From contig PDIP01000051.1 of NCBI GenBank assembly GCA_002811645.1, forward strand, positions 10,393-74,392: DNA of 64,000 nucleotides, read 5' to 3'. The notes under the pieces are model-generated. The model saw only the letters and a program-made list of their open reading frames with translations. It had not been told where the DNA came from and did no database searches. Source of the stretch: Corallochytrium limacisporum Hawaii. Lineage: Eukaryota > Protista > Pluriformea. The position numbers were made by a program, and so were the translations under genes. Positions 21,072 to 32,400 of the stretch are shown piece after piece (the stretch's first letter is position 1; each line of letters begins with the position of its first letter).

Positions 21072-24000
21072 ATGAACCGTACTGCACAGAGGCTCTCTGC
21101 GAAAGAAGATGGCAGGCCAACCTTTCCAGGGTCTCAAGGGGCGGAAACAGTGTCAGGACGAGTTGCAGGGATCCTTCAGGTGGAGGTAGCTTTTGCAGAC
21201 GGTATTCCAGAGGCGTCTCGTTTCGCAACTGGTGTGTTAGTTGCATTAGCTATTCCAATTTTAGTCTTGTACTTCTTGTATTCGGAACATATTTTTGACC
21301 TCACAATTTTCCTGGGATCAGTTGCGTTCTACGGCGTGTTCTTGATCACGCTCCTGGCCATCTTGGCAAACGAAGTGCCGCACCAAAGGTCCCTGCGTGA
21401 GGTCAAGTATGATGCTCGCAAGGTTCCGAAGTATTTTCCTCTTTGGATAGCCAAGACCAAAATATTTGGTTTTATAGTGCGAATGCTACAGAGTTTGCAA
21501 AAGACACGCAAGTTTGCGGTCATTTCTACGGGGCTGAATGCCTACCGCACGCGGGCCGTGAAAGGTAGGTCAGAGGTGGCCTGGGGTGAGAAATTTAGTG
21601 TGGTGCTACACGAGCATGAGCTACGATACGATCTCAATGTATCCGTCTGGGAGAAGCGGAGGTTCCGAAACAATCGTTTGCTGGCCAATGGCAAGATTGA
21701 GATCCCCAGTGCGCTGTCGTATCTGGAGAGCCTTACTGCAACGGACAGAGATGGTAATCCACCGACTACAGAAACCAGTTCTACGCCACGAAGATCTGTC
21801 ACAATGAGTGGGAGCGTAGAAACCCCACGACGCCGATACACGGCGCAAAGCACAGACACCGAACAGGCGTTCCAAAAGCTGGCCACAAGGCGCATGGACC
21901 AGTTCTTCAGCGACATGGGCGATGAGGTTCAGGAATTGCGAGACAAGATTGCCCGCAGTACTTGGCGGTATGATAGAAGAACACAGGCATTTGTGATCCC
22001 ACTGCAGTCATATACGGTTCCGTTCGTGATTTCTTTGCCTGACATGTTCCTACGGATACGCTACGAAGCTTTGCATGACTTGGAGACTCGCTTCTTCAAG
22101 CAACTCTTCCTAGAGTTTGCCATAAAAGATGAAGGCCACCTAAAGGTAAGTCGTGAGGGTCTTGAATCCGTGGTCATGACCATGGGCGAAGAAGTGCTAC
22201 ATGACTCTGATGTGGATCCACTTTTCCGGGGTCAGGAGACCGTTACCATAGACTCTGCGTGTCAGTTCATTATGGAAAGGGCCATGAAGCAAGGACGCGA
22301 AACCTCCACGGCTCCATCCACCAGGTCACCACGCAATAGAGGATCGCCGCACATGCGCCCGTTGGGACCTGCGGACCCTGTCACCCGCAAATCCGTACCT
22401 GCCGTCCCAGAATTGAAACTAGCGGAAGAGAATGGTCACAGCTATCGCCGGTTTGGAAGCTTTAGTGGCGGGAATTTCTATGAAATGATTCCGAGTACCA
22501 TGGAAGATGAGGGGTTTGTGGGACAAAAGAAGAACAGGAACAAAGTGGCACCAGAGCGTACGTTGCGTTTCCGGAAGCAGCACCACCAGCAGCAGACTTT
22601 GGAGGCACTGTCTGAGGACATCGACCCGGATGCAGAGAGGGATGTTCAACAGACAGACCAAGTGGAGCAGGACTGGGACGATCTTGCGAGTGTAATCGAT
22701 ACAATGTCGATTGACGCCGGGCTGAGCGATGAGGAGTCTGACATGGACATTAGCGATGAAGAATCGTATTTTACCAGCGACGAATGGGAGGCCACTGAAG
22801 TGCGAAAGAATACGAAATCAGAGCATGGGCGGACCTTGATGAGTAGCCCGCGACACGAGGCCAGGGCTGCGGCAGGCGGTAACATTTCCTTCGCGTACCA
22901 ACAAGGCGAAGTCACGGCTGCTGACGCGTCGGGAGCTGCCCTTAGGTCTGTCCAGAAAAATGGGAACGGTGTCGAGTCCGGCCCTTCGGACGCAGTGGGT
23001 GCGCTCCGTGCTGTGGGACTTTTACGTAGATGTCCATTGTGCTGGGATGCTATGCCAGCTGACAGCCTCGATATGATCATCCACATGACGACCTGCCTGG
23101 ACCACGTGAGCGAGGAAGAAGGAAGAGATCACGACCGGAGTGATACAGTTGGCCGCACGGGCAGCTCCTCCGATAGCTCGGCTTTACACGACGACCGTAC
23201 CGGCATTAATCAATTCATTGTCGGCGGTCTGCTCACTGAGGCATACGCGTCCCGTGGTTGGCTCCGCCGCCTCGGCTCGTATCTGACCATCGGCAAGTAC
23301 GAGCTGGGCAGTGTCAGTGGCAATGTGCTGGTGCTGGATCGCGTGACTGGAAAGCTGGAGGAGGAGAAGATGCCTACGTACATTCGTCTGAGTTTGATTT
23401 ATTCGTATCAGAGCACTTTGACCCGCGGAATTGCGCGTCGACAGACCATTCTCAATATGCTGGAGAGTACTACTCAGAAGCAAGGTGCCAAATTCAACAC
23501 TCCGGGATCTGCCAAATCTATTTCCGGCTTTATCAAGTATTACGGGTTAGACATCACTGAATTTGAGGAGGAGGACATCTCTAAGTTCCGCAATTTCAAT
23601 GAATTTTTCTACCGAAAGCTCAAGCCAACTGCACGACCGATCTTTGCGCCTGACGATCCTCAACGCGCGGTTTGTTCCGCTGACTCTCGCCTCGTCGTCT
23701 TCGAGACCGTGGACGAGTCCAAGCGTCTCTGGGTCAAGGGTGCAAAGTTCACCATCCCCAATTTGCTGGACTGCAACGGTGTCGGTCCACCGCCCGGGTT
23801 TGAATCCTTGTGTGATGGTTCGGCAGAGTGCAGCGTTGCTATCTTCCGCCTTGCACCGCAGGACTACCATCGCTGGCACTGTCCCTTTGATGGACGAATC
23901 GTCCGCAGCGACCACTTGCCCGGTACATACTATTCTGTCAATCCCATGCCCGTGCGGTCGGAGCTGGATGTCTTTACGGAGAACAAGCGGACTGTCACGT

Positions 24001-24290
24001 TCATCGACACGGACCATTTTGGACCTGTCGCTTCGGTCGCAGTCGGTGCGACGATGGTCGGATCAATTATTCTGACCGCGGCAGATAATTCAATAGTCAA
24101 GCGCGGCGCCGAGCTTGGGTACTTTGCCTTTGGCGGGTCCACTGTCATTTATGTTTTCCAGCGTGGTACCATTGTCTTCGACGAGGACCTTATCATCAAC
24201 TCGCGCCGCCCGTTGGAGATGCGGGTACTGGTCGGTCAATCACTGGGACGGAAATCGGGTTCCACTCCCCCTAGGGGTCCATCACCATGA
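21072..24290 (+). CDS. PSD2: Phosphatidylserine decarboxylase proenzyme, Psd2 (C2-domain, endomembrane) type
   Basis: FRNFNEFFYRKLKPTARPI, SADSRLVVF, IFRLAPQDYHRWHCP, VGATMVGSI, and the autocleavage/pyruvoyl motif ELGYFAFGGST. N-terminal C2-like strands and a CPLC...H...C motif as in fungal Psd2. Confidence 0.93.
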   Translation: MNRTAQRLSAKEDGRPTFPGSQGAETVSGRVAGILQVEVAFADGIPEASRFATGVLVALAIPILVLYFLYSEHIFDLTIFLGSVAFYGVFLITLLAILANEVPHQRSLREVKYDARKVPKYFPLWIAKTKIFGFIVRMLQSLQKTRKFAVISTGLNAYRTRAVKGRSEVAWGEKFSVVLHEHELRYDLNVSVWEKRRFRNNRLLANGKIEIPSALSYLESLTATDRDGNPPTTETSSTPRRSVTMSGSVETPRRRYTAQSTDTEQAFQKLATRRMDQFFSDMGDEVQELRDKIARSTWRYDRRTQAFVIPLQSYTVPFVISLPDMFLRIRYEALHDLETRFFKQLFLEFAIKDEGHLKVSREGLESVVMTMGEEVLHDSDVDPLFRGQETVTIDSACQFIMERAMKQGRETSTAPSTRSPRNRGSPHMRPLGPADPVTRKSVPAVPELKLAEENGHSYRRFGSFSGGNFYEMIPSTMEDEGFVGQKKNRNKVAPERTLRFRKQHHQQQTLEALSEDIDPDAERDVQQTDQVEQDWDDLASVIDTMSIDAGLSDEESDMDISDEESYFTSDEWEATEVRKNTKSEHGRTLMSSPRHEARAAAGGNISFAYQQGEVTAADASGAALRSVQKNGNGVESGPSDAVGALRAVGLLRRCPLCWDAMPADSLDMIIHMTTCLDHVSEEEGRDHDRSDTVGRTGSSSDSSALHDDRTGINQFIVGGLLTEAYASRGWLRRLGSYLTIGKYELGSVSGNVLVLDRVTGKLEEEKMPTYIRLSLIYSYQSTLTRGIARRQTILNMLESTTQKQGAKFNTPGSAKSISGFIKYYGLDITEFEEEDISKFRNFNEFFYRKLKPTARPIFAPDDPQRAVCSADSRLVVFETVDESKRLWVKGAKFTIPNLLDCNGVGPPPGFESLCDGSAECSVAIFRLAPQDYHRWHCPFDGRIVRSDHLPGTYYSVNPMPVRSELDVFTENKRTVTFIDTDHFGPVASVAVGATMVGSIILTAADNSIVKRGAELGYFAFGGSTVIYVFQRGTIVFDEDLIINSRRPLEMRVLVGQSLGRKSGSTPPRGPSP

Positions 24291-24429
24291 GTAACGTTGT
24301 CCTTCATCGTGAGGTCTTTGTGACCTCCTGTTTTTGGTGCTTATTTAGCACTTACTCAGAATACACCAAACTAGGTTTAGAGTTTTCACCCGTTGTTCAG
24401 ACTTGAACCCCTGTGCTCTTTCCTCCCAA

Positions 24430-24452
24430 CCCCCCCCCCCGGGCGGGGGGGG
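24430..24452. repeat. C11-GGGC-G8 element
   Basis: About 370 bp upstream of the PHYHD1 ATG. Confidence 0.8.
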
Positions 24453-24823
24453 CCTCCTCCGCACAGGAGTCCATTTTTTAGCCAGCACAATACGCGCTCT
24501 CCCCGGACTCATAGGGCCTCCGCTTAGCAGGTCGCGGCTCCCAAACTTCAGCGCGGGAGCCATCCGCACCGCGGTCTCTGACGCTCGGGTTGAGACTCCA
24601 TCCACACATGTACATACTCTATGTCTACGCCCCTGATACGAAAAGGTAGAATTGAACCTGTGCCGCAGGAAAATCATCTCCTTGTGCATAAGACCGAGTA
24701 CCTGCGAAGTAGAAAGCGACTGTATCCAGAGAGTGTGTGGCCAGGCTGGTGGACATAGCACACAAGTAGACGACCAGATCATCAACCGCAAAACTACATG
24801 TTTATGCCAAGGCTCGGCACGCC

Positions 24824-25843
24824 ATGACAGGTATCCTCACTCCGGAGCAAAGGGAACAATTCAAAAAGGATGGATATATAGTAATCCCCAGCTTCTACAC
24901 TTCAGAAGAGGTGCAGGCAATGCGAGATCGGATGGCGCAGCTCGTCGCCGGTTTCGACCCGGTGAAAGACGGGCACCCGGGTACGGCGTTCGAGACCAAG
25001 GCTAACACACAGGGAAAGGATGCGTACTTTATGGAATCGGCAGACAAAATTCGATACTTTTTCGAAGCCAAGGCGGATCTCAAGCAGACGAACGACACTG
25101 ATCACGAGAAGGACAAAGATCTCAATCTGAAAGTGAACAAAGTCGGGCATGGCCTCCACATTCACGACGATGTGTTTAGGAGGATGACGCAGCACCATGC
25201 CAAAGTCAGGCAGCTAATAACACAGGACTTGCGTTATGATCGGGCACGGGTTCCGCAATCCATGTACATTTTCAAACAGCCAAAAATTGGAGGTGCCGTG
25301 CTCCCGCATAGGGACGCGACCTTCCTGGCCACCGATCCGATGACGCTAGTAGGCCTTTGGACACCTCTCGAGGATGCAACGACAGAGAACGGCTGCCTTT
25401 CCTTCTGGCCTGGGTCACAGGAGCTGTTATCACGGAAACAATGGAAGCGTCGGGAGAACGTTGTGCACCCTGAGGCTGACAGAGGATCCTCGCCTAACAC
25501 CGACAATCATGCGTCCGACCAGAGGGGTGACGATGAACCGGTGATGGAGTTTGAAGGCGACGACCCTTACGAACCAATCACCAACGAAAACGAGCGCGAA
25601 TCAGAGTACGTCATTGCCGAAATGAAGGCCGGAGACCTGGCCATCATCCACGGCCTGGTCCTGCACCAGTCCAAGGACAACACCTCCGCCAAGAGTCGGC
25701 ACGCTTACACCTTTCACATTTACGACGAAGGCAGAAGCCTGTGGTCACCGTACAATTGGCTCAATGGATTCAGGCCGGCATCAGAGGTGGAGGAGCGGTG
25801 CGTCGCGGGCTATCCTGTAATTGAGCCTTTTGAAGCGGTTTGA
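24824..25843 (+). CDS. PHYHD1: Phytanoyl-CoA dioxygenase domain-containing protein 1-like (Fe/2OG)
   Basis: YFMESADKIRYFFE, NKVGHGLH, QSMYIFKQPKIGGAVLPHRDATFL (HxD), DATTENGCL, HGLVLHQS..NTS.KSRHAYTFH. Confidence 0.92.
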   Translation: MTGILTPEQREQFKKDGYIVIPSFYTSEEVQAMRDRMAQLVAGFDPVKDGHPGTAFETKANTQGKDAYFMESADKIRYFFEAKADLKQTNDTDHEKDKDLNLKVNKVGHGLHIHDDVFRRMTQHHAKVRQLITQDLRYDRARVPQSMYIFKQPKIGGAVLPHRDATFLATDPMTLVGLWTPLEDATTENGCLSFWPGSQELLSRKQWKRRENVVHPEADRGSSPNTDNHASDQRGDDEPVMEFEGDDPYEPITNENERESEYVIAEMKAGDLAIIHGLVLHQSKDNTSAKSRHAYTFHIYDEGRSLWSPYNWLNGFRPASEVEERCVAGYPVIEPFEAV

Positions 25844-25948
25844 ATGAAGGATTGAAAGTATTCTTCAAGGGACATCTATATAAACGCTAATCATAATTTA
25901 TAATTCTTCCAGAACTAAACGGTTTGTAAAGTGTGTGCGGATGTACAT

Positions 25949-28900
25949 TCACAGTGCCACGGCGTTAGCCATATGCCGCAGCTCGAGGACCATGGCCTCT
26001 GTAAACGTCGAGGCCGAAGGAACCAAACACTGGCTGCCCTGCACAGACAGAGAGAACGATTCAGACTCGGGATGGAAAGTCACGGCAATGCCAACACCAT
26101 AGTCTGGGTTTGGAGCGAAGGTTACAAAGTTACGGACTGTGCCTCCGGCCAGTTTTTTGCCGTGGTACGCCGCGTGGCTCGGGTGAACGTCCGCAACCGT
26201 CCGGTCGTGCAAGCGATCTGTCAGGTATGAACCGAATGGCACCTTGCGAGAAACAAAGAGCAGGGCACGAAGCACAACCTCCTCCATGTCGGTGCCAAAC
26301 TCATTCAGCCGCTTCAGCATCTCCTTGAGACGCTGCTGCGGGCTGCGTGCAGTAAGGGGAAGCATGACGTAGCCAAGGGGACTGTTAGCATTTTGTTTGG
26401 CAGTGTTGCCGTTGGCATGGCCAAAGTCTGCATCGTCTGCGGCCACGGTGGTCGCAGTGTCCATGGCAGTTGGATCCGCAGCTTTCTGCACTGCGGAGAC
26501 TGGCAGGCGGCAGGGCACATCCTGGCCAAAGTGACCGTCGGTACGTTGGTCACATCGTGCCAGGGCGCCCGCAATGGCAGCGAGGATGACCGCTAGGTGG
26601 CCCTTGACAGTATCCGGCTGGGCCCAGCGCTGCACTGTCAAAGCTTGATCATCGGAAAGACCGTGATTGCGCCGGGATTTGCGCCGGAGTGCGGTGAGAG
26701 CGTCATTGAGGACATGCAGAGGTGCATTCTCCAGCCACGCGGCGTTGATGAAGAGATCAACGTCGAAACCAGCGTCAGAGGCGGTAGCGATGCCTTCGAG
26801 GGCAGTGGCCTTCTGGAGCATTGAAGACACTTCATTGACGGCCTGGGTGGCGACGGTGTTGCCCGTGACTGAGTAGACGTCCTCTTCCATTGATGATGTG
26901 GATGATGATGATGATGACTGGTGGGTATGTGACCATAATCCAGTGGAGATCGAGGCTTCGCCTGCAGCTGAGGTACTCGGTTTATCCACGGCGAAGGTCA
27001 CGGAAGGCTTCTTTGCCTTGGTTTGCACTGGTTTCGCGGGAGGAGAGCGCATGATCACGTCCTCGTTGACCTGGTAGCTAGGAATGACCGTGAACGGAGA
27101 GGCGGCCTTGGAGCTCGTTTGCAGCGACGTCAGGTCGCTGGCGGCCAGAAGCCGCCGGGTCGAGTCCAGGGCCAGGCGGCTGGCGTCCAGCATTTCCTGC
27201 GTAAAGCGCCAGGGGTCGGTGAGGGCGTACCAGGAAAGGCCGCCCACGGTGCCGAGCATGGACTCTGATTCGTTCAGAGTGCGGGCCAGCCGGTTGCGCT
27301 GGCTCTCGGCATCGGCCCTGAGCTGGCGGAGAAAGACCTTCTGTGGATCTTCTGCAGTTTCAGACGCGAGGTCAGAGAGCGAAAAGTTCATCCCCGAGGC
27401 TGCCACCGCTTGTTCGACCTCGGTGCGGCTGGGAAGCGGGGGCACGGGACGCTTCTTCTTCGACCGCGTGGTGCCACGGGAAGGTCCTTCCGTGTAGATA
27501 TCCTCCTCCGAGTCGTGGAACATTTCGTCGTCTTCATCATCATACTCACCGTGTGCGCGCTGCTCCTCGCCATCGACACAGATACCAGAATCGCGGTTGG
27601 GTTCCCGCTTGCCGTCACTATCGTCGGCGCCGGCATCGTCATCATCTCGTCTGGCTTCGTGGAGAGCGACGGTTGTGTTACGCTCTTCCATTGCCTCATT
27701 CCTCGACACCGCAACCTCGGACTCGAGACTTCCATGCGCGAGCAAATCCTCCAGCAGGACGTTGCAGCCCTCCGCATCGGAGAGGGCATAGTGAATGCGC
27801 ACGAGCATGCCAAGGTTGGCGTTGCCCGCACTGCAGTTCTCACGGTCCACAGGCAGGCACTCATTTGCGTCAAAGAGCAGGACGTCCCACAGGGGCATAT
27901 CTCCACGCATGGGCTCGTTCAAGAGCCGCACAGTCAGACGCTGTAGGTTGACGTCCTTCTTCGTGTCTGGCTCCATCCACCGCATGTGGGACTTTATGCG
28001 GAAGTTGGGATCGCTAAGCCAATGATAGGTTCCGCTCCCGACAAAGTTACCGGTGCGCTTGCCGCTCTCGTACAGGCGCTGGCGCAGACGCGGATTACGG
28101 TGGACCCAGTGCCGCAGTACGCGCTCCAAATGGGCCAAAAACCGGCCTTTGCGGAGATCCAGAGAAGTAATGCCGGTCGGGTCAGTGACAACCGACGAAT
28201 CGATGTCGGAAGATGCATGGCCGTGGCTGCCATGGTTGTCGTCTAACACGTCACCGTGATCGCCCTCACCTTCCTCGAGCAGAAACAGTGCAGACACCAT
28301 GTGATTGCCCTCGCAAACCAGCAGCTCGGGAAGGAGTTCCGGGAGGTAGACATTGGTGCGCGCCTTGCTCCAAAACTTGCACGTGTTCTCGGTTTCGATC
28401 GCTTCGCGGACTTTGACCTCCGCCGAGCGAAGCACTTCAGCCCTGCGCGGGTCCGCGCTCCGTTCCAAGGCCTCGCGGAACTTCTGCTGACGTTGACTGA
28501 GGAAGACCCATTCCTGGGATCCAAGCGGGTCGAATTCCTTCGGGTGACCAACTCGGACGTTGTGCAGCTTACAGTCCTCAACGGTTTCCACAAAGTCCTG
28601 GAATTGGTGGTTGAAGGCCTCGGGTTCGTCAATGGGTAGGCCGTGACCTGCATCAGTGAAAACATGCAGACGGGCGCCCAGGTCAGGTTGGAGGACCACA
28701 GAGTTCAAAGGACGAACAAGCGAGTCATCGATCGCGGCAAAGATCAGGATAGGGACACCGGCCTCCTTGACGCGTTTCAGTCGGCCGCTGCTCACATAGT
28801 GCATGAAGATGGCAGCGACCTGGTTTACAAACCCCAGAGGATTGGAAATCTCTACTGAAAGAGATGTAACGTTGCACGAGTTCAGAAACTTGACCTTTTC

Positions 28901-29440
28901 TGGGTTCCTCCGATGGTCTGCACCGACCAGTAGCTCCAAGAGGGCGTCCTTGCGCAGTTGTGGTAGGCCGAGGTAGGCGAATGGTGACATGACACCGACT
29001 TTGGCACCGCGGAACATGCCCGTGAGGGGAGGGAAGGAGGTGACACCACCCCCATGCGTGTTTACCAGCGTCACTGACTCGCAGCGGTCGTAGTATTGGC
29101 AGGCAAATTCAAGCGTGATCATGCCTCCCATGGAGATGCCGCAAATGTGGACCTTACGCCACCCCAGGTGATCAATGACTTTGCGGGCATCGTTGGCCAT
29201 GATGCCGGTGGTGAGACCGGGGGAGATGGCGGAACTCTTGCCCACACCGCGGTTATCTATGGCGCATATCTCGTACTTTTCCGGGAATTGAGAAAAGTAA
29301 TCAATCTGTAGGTTCCAGCCCTCATGCTGCATGGCCAAGCCCTGGATGAACAGGATCTTGGTAGGTCCATGCCCCCAAGTCTTGTAGTGGATGGTGATGG
29401 GACCCACCATAGGGTGTCGTCCAACCATGAGGTACGGCAT
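25949..29440 (-). CDS. Alpha/beta-hydrolase fused to a degenerate wax-ester synthase/DGAT (condensation-fold)-like region
   Basis: N-terminal ~290 aa: IQGL oxyanion segment, DNRGVGKS, GISMGG nucleophile elbow, DSLV and AGHG. The middle resembles WS/DGAT-N (NPRLRQRL...W..DPNFRIKSH...L.EPM..D.PLWDVLL...LVRIHYALSDA). The C-terminus resembles WS/DGAT-C. Confidence 0.8.
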   Translation of the reverse strand: MPYLMVGRHPMVGPITIHYKTWGHGPTKILFIQGLAMQHEGWNLQIDYFSQFPEKYEICAIDNRGVGKSSAISPGLTTGIMANDARKVIDHLGWRKVHICGISMGGMITLEFACQYYDRCESVTLVNTHGGGVTSFPPLTGMFRGAKVGVMSPFAYLGLPQLRKDALLELLVGADHRRNPEKVKFLNSCNVTSLSVEISNPLGFVNQVAAIFMHYVSSGRLKRVKEAGVPILIFAAIDDSLVRPLNSVVLQPDLGARLHVFTDAGHGLPIDEPEAFNHQFQDFVETVEDCKLHNVRVGHPKEFDPLGSQEWVFLSQRQQKFREALERSADPRRAEVLRSAEVKVREAIETENTCKFWSKARTNVYLPELLPELLVCEGNHMVSALFLLEEGEGDHGDVLDDNHGSHGHASSDIDSSVVTDPTGITSLDLRKGRFLAHLERVLRHWVHRNPRLRQRLYESGKRTGNFVGSGTYHWLSDPNFRIKSHMRWMEPDTKKDVNLQRLTVRLLNEPMRGDMPLWDVLLFDANECLPVDRENCSAGNANLGMLVRIHYALSDAEGCNVLLEDLLAHGSLESEVAVSRNEAMEERNTTVALHEARRDDDDAGADDSDGKREPNRDSGICVDGEEQRAHGEYDDEDDEMFHDSEEDIYTEGPSRGTTRSKKKRPVPPLPSRTEVEQAVAASGMNFSLSDLASETAEDPQKVFLRQLRADAESQRNRLARTLNESESMLGTVGGLSWYALTDPWRFTQEMLDASRLALDSTRRLLAASDLTSLQTSSKAASPFTVIPSYQVNEDVIMRSPPAKPVQTKAKKPSVTFAVDKPSTSAAGEASISTGLWSHTHQSSSSSSTSSMEEDVYSVTGNTVATQAVNEVSSMLQKATALEGIATASDAGFDVDLFINAAWLENAPLHVLNDALTALRRKSRRNHGLSDDQALTVQRWAQPDTVKGHLAVILAAIAGALARCDQRTDGHFGQDVPCRLPVSAVQKAADPTAMDTATTVAADDADFGHANGNTAKQNANSPLGYVMLPLTARSPQQRLKEMLKRLNEFGTDMEEVVLRALLFVSRKVPFGSYLTDRLHDRTVADVHPSHAAYHGKKLAGGTVRNFVTFAPNPDYGVGIAVTFHPESESFSLSVQGSQCLVPSASTFTEAMVLELRHMANAVAL

Positions 29441-32400
29441 GGTTTGTTCTTGTCTAGAGGTTACGCTGCTACGGACACTGCTGGTGTGCTAGGTGATCTT
29501 TTCTTTCAAAACCAGCGTCCAAAGCCAGGCCGTCGTCGCTCTCTAAATGATTTCTTTCTATTACCCAAATTATTGTACTATAAACTGACAATGGATATCC
29601 AAGGAAATTACCACAAAGAAGAGACCCAGTCCTTGCTGCTTCTCCCTCACAGCCCACGGACTATGCAGAAACGCCTGTCACATAGTTTCACTTGAGAGAC
29701 TCTGTTTGCCAAAGTACCATTGCTACGGTGATCCAATCGGAAAGCACCCAAATGAAAACGATGAATGCACACAGTCAAATAGAAACCCCTGTGCGCGGAA
29801 ACAAAACAACACAGCACAGCAGTGCACACGCACAAAGAGTTTGTGTTTTGTGTTGGGTGTGTGTGTGTGTGTGTCACTGTGAGTGAGTGTGTGTGAGCGT
29901 GCGTGCGAGTGGGTTCTGAAGTCTTTCCTCGCTTCCCCCGTGTTCAGGAGCTGTGGGGCAACCGGCAACAAAGCAAAGCACCATCGCCACGAAATGGCTG
30001 GTAGTCTCATCGTTGCTCGGAAAACACACGCACAATTTGTACGGAACGCGAGAAATAAAGGACAGACTACGAGAGTTCCAGGCACGGTAGAGCGAGAGCG
30101 AGAGCAAGAGAGAGAGAGTGAGAGTGAGAGCGAGAGAGAAGGAGGGGAGAAGGGCGCAAGGGGAAAAGTGCAAAGGAAAATGAAGAACCGGGGGAGCGAG
30201 AGAGGGGCGGGGAGAGGGGAACGAGGAGGAGGAGGAGGAAGGAGGGCCAAGTACAGTTGTTCCCGGCTGACCGTTGCCAGCTCCACTCCCTCCCCCCCCC
30301 CCACCTCCCGGCCGGTGGGCCGGGGGCCGTTTTTGATAATTTTTCGCAGAGACTTTTTTTTTCTTTATTTTTCAATTTTTTTATTTTGCACCGTTGCCGG
30401 CACACAGCCGCAGATTTTGTACCGGGGCACCAAGTTTTTTGTGTTGCGTTGTATTTCACTTGCCGGCAGCAACGGGTCTTGGGGCTATCGAATTCTCTTC
30501 TCCTTCTTCTTATCGGCTCTTACGTTCACTACTGCACCCGTCGCTCTCGCTGGTGTGGGTCTTTGCGTTTGTGAAATCACCACCCTCCCTCTCCGAAGCT
30601 GGAGCGGCCTTTGTCCCGGGCAAACAAAAAGGAAATCTTCCTTTCTTTTTTTCTTTTATTTTTTTGGTGGCACTCGCTGCCCGTCCGTACGCGCACCCTC
30701 TCGCCTGCTGCTGCTACTGGCCTTCCCCCCCCCTCCCCCACTCTTCAACCGAACCGAAAAGCAAAACCAAACCTAAAAGAAAAAGAAAAAGGAAAAGGAA
30801 AACAAGAAAAATGTAAATAAATGAGAGACAAGGCAAAGGGTGGACAAGACGCGGATGGAGAGCACCCATCGGCCATCGCCCAATCCCAACCTCCTCCCCT
30901 CCGCGCAAGTGTGTAAAGATGGCGAAGTTTGACGGGGTATATTCTGATACTAAGCAAAATCTCTCCCTGGGCTGCCATCCCCGTTCGGGCCCCGGGGGAC
31001 CAAACCAGCAGGGGATTGGGTCCAAGAACCACTACTGGCCGAGCACCGGCGTGTCTCTAGACTAATTATAAGACATGCTATAGTATAGAATATTTGTTAT
31101 ATTATTTCATAATACAATGTGGGTGTTCTTTAATCTGAATTGTATAAAATAGGAGTCACAACTCGAGAGATAGATCCTTGCGTGCTTATCATTCATGCAC
31201 CCGCCCCTTGCACCAAAATTTAGAAAAGTTCAGTACATTCAGTACCAAATAAGTCCCGCCCGCGTGCGTCCTCTGTCTGTCTGTCTCTCTCTCTCTCGCT
31301 CTCTCGCCTCTCTCTCTCCCGCCCTCGCCCTCGTTCTTTCTTTGTGTCCTTTTTGTTTGTGCTGTGCTGGCAGCACTGTAAAAGGATCCAAGCTGCGAGA
31401 AGGGGGGTGGGGGGGGGACCGCCACGCGCGAGGCGTTTCTGTGGGGGAGCCCTTTGGGCAATTGGCCTTCCCCCAGTACCGGCTGCAAAACTCACCGTTC
31501 GCCAGGGAGTTAAAAAAAGGAAATGAAGCGAAAAAAAAAGGGAGGGCGGCGGTGGAGATTGAAACCCCCCCCCCCAAACAAAGAAAAAGAAAACAACTAA
31601 AAATAAACCAAAGAAAAAGGATAAAAAAAGAAAACACAGAAACTTTTTGCCAGTAAAAAAGCGAAGGAAAGGAAACTCTGAGCAAGGCCGCGTACCTGTC
31701 TTCCATCGACCAAAGTGAAAAACAAAAAAAAAATGCGGACTGCCCCACACACCGCCAAAGGAAAAACCATTCGCTTACAAAGCTCAGTAATAAATCAATA
31801 GAGAACGAAAAGAGATAGAGTGCAAAGTCCGTCTTTTCTTTTATCCGCCGCACCAATAATTTGATGAAATGGGGAGAGTAGGCTCGGTTCAACCGCCCCG
31901 CCGGGGGGGGGGGGTTCACCTCCGTGCCTACTCTGCCGCCCGGGTGTAGTGGGCCATTGACTACCGCTAAAGTCATTTTTTTCCTTGGGCCCGGGCCCCG
32001 GGCAGGAATGAGGAGAAGGGGGGGGGGTGGGTCACTCCCTTTCCCCCTCCCCCCAACCCCGTGGGGTGGCCCCTCGCCGTCCGTTTCCCTGCCCGGGCCG
32101 CCGCTGTTTGGGCACCCCGCCTCCTTTTCGGGGCTGGTTCGCTCCGTCGACTCTCTGTCACTTGCCCGGCACTGCCCCGGCAACTGCCTAAACGGCAGGA
32201 ATTTAAATAAACAATGGGAGCTTCTCTATTTTGAATATACCATGTAGTGGAGAGTGATTAGTTTTTTAATGTCCGCGACAGCGCTTCCCCGGTCTTTTTC
32301 GATTTTTCGCGCGCGATTTGCGGGGCCCTCTGATTCACCGACAGGCGGTCCTCCCCATGCGGAGAGCTAGAGAGGTGTTAGAGGCTTCGAACGGGTATCC

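Noticed and set aside
5029-29440. Apparent cluster of lipid and membrane-traffic genes (DHHC, OSBP, AP3D1, HMGCS, PSD2, PHYHD1, hydrolase fusion)
   Set aside because: Different pathways and orientations, and the categories are broad; no evidence beyond chance.
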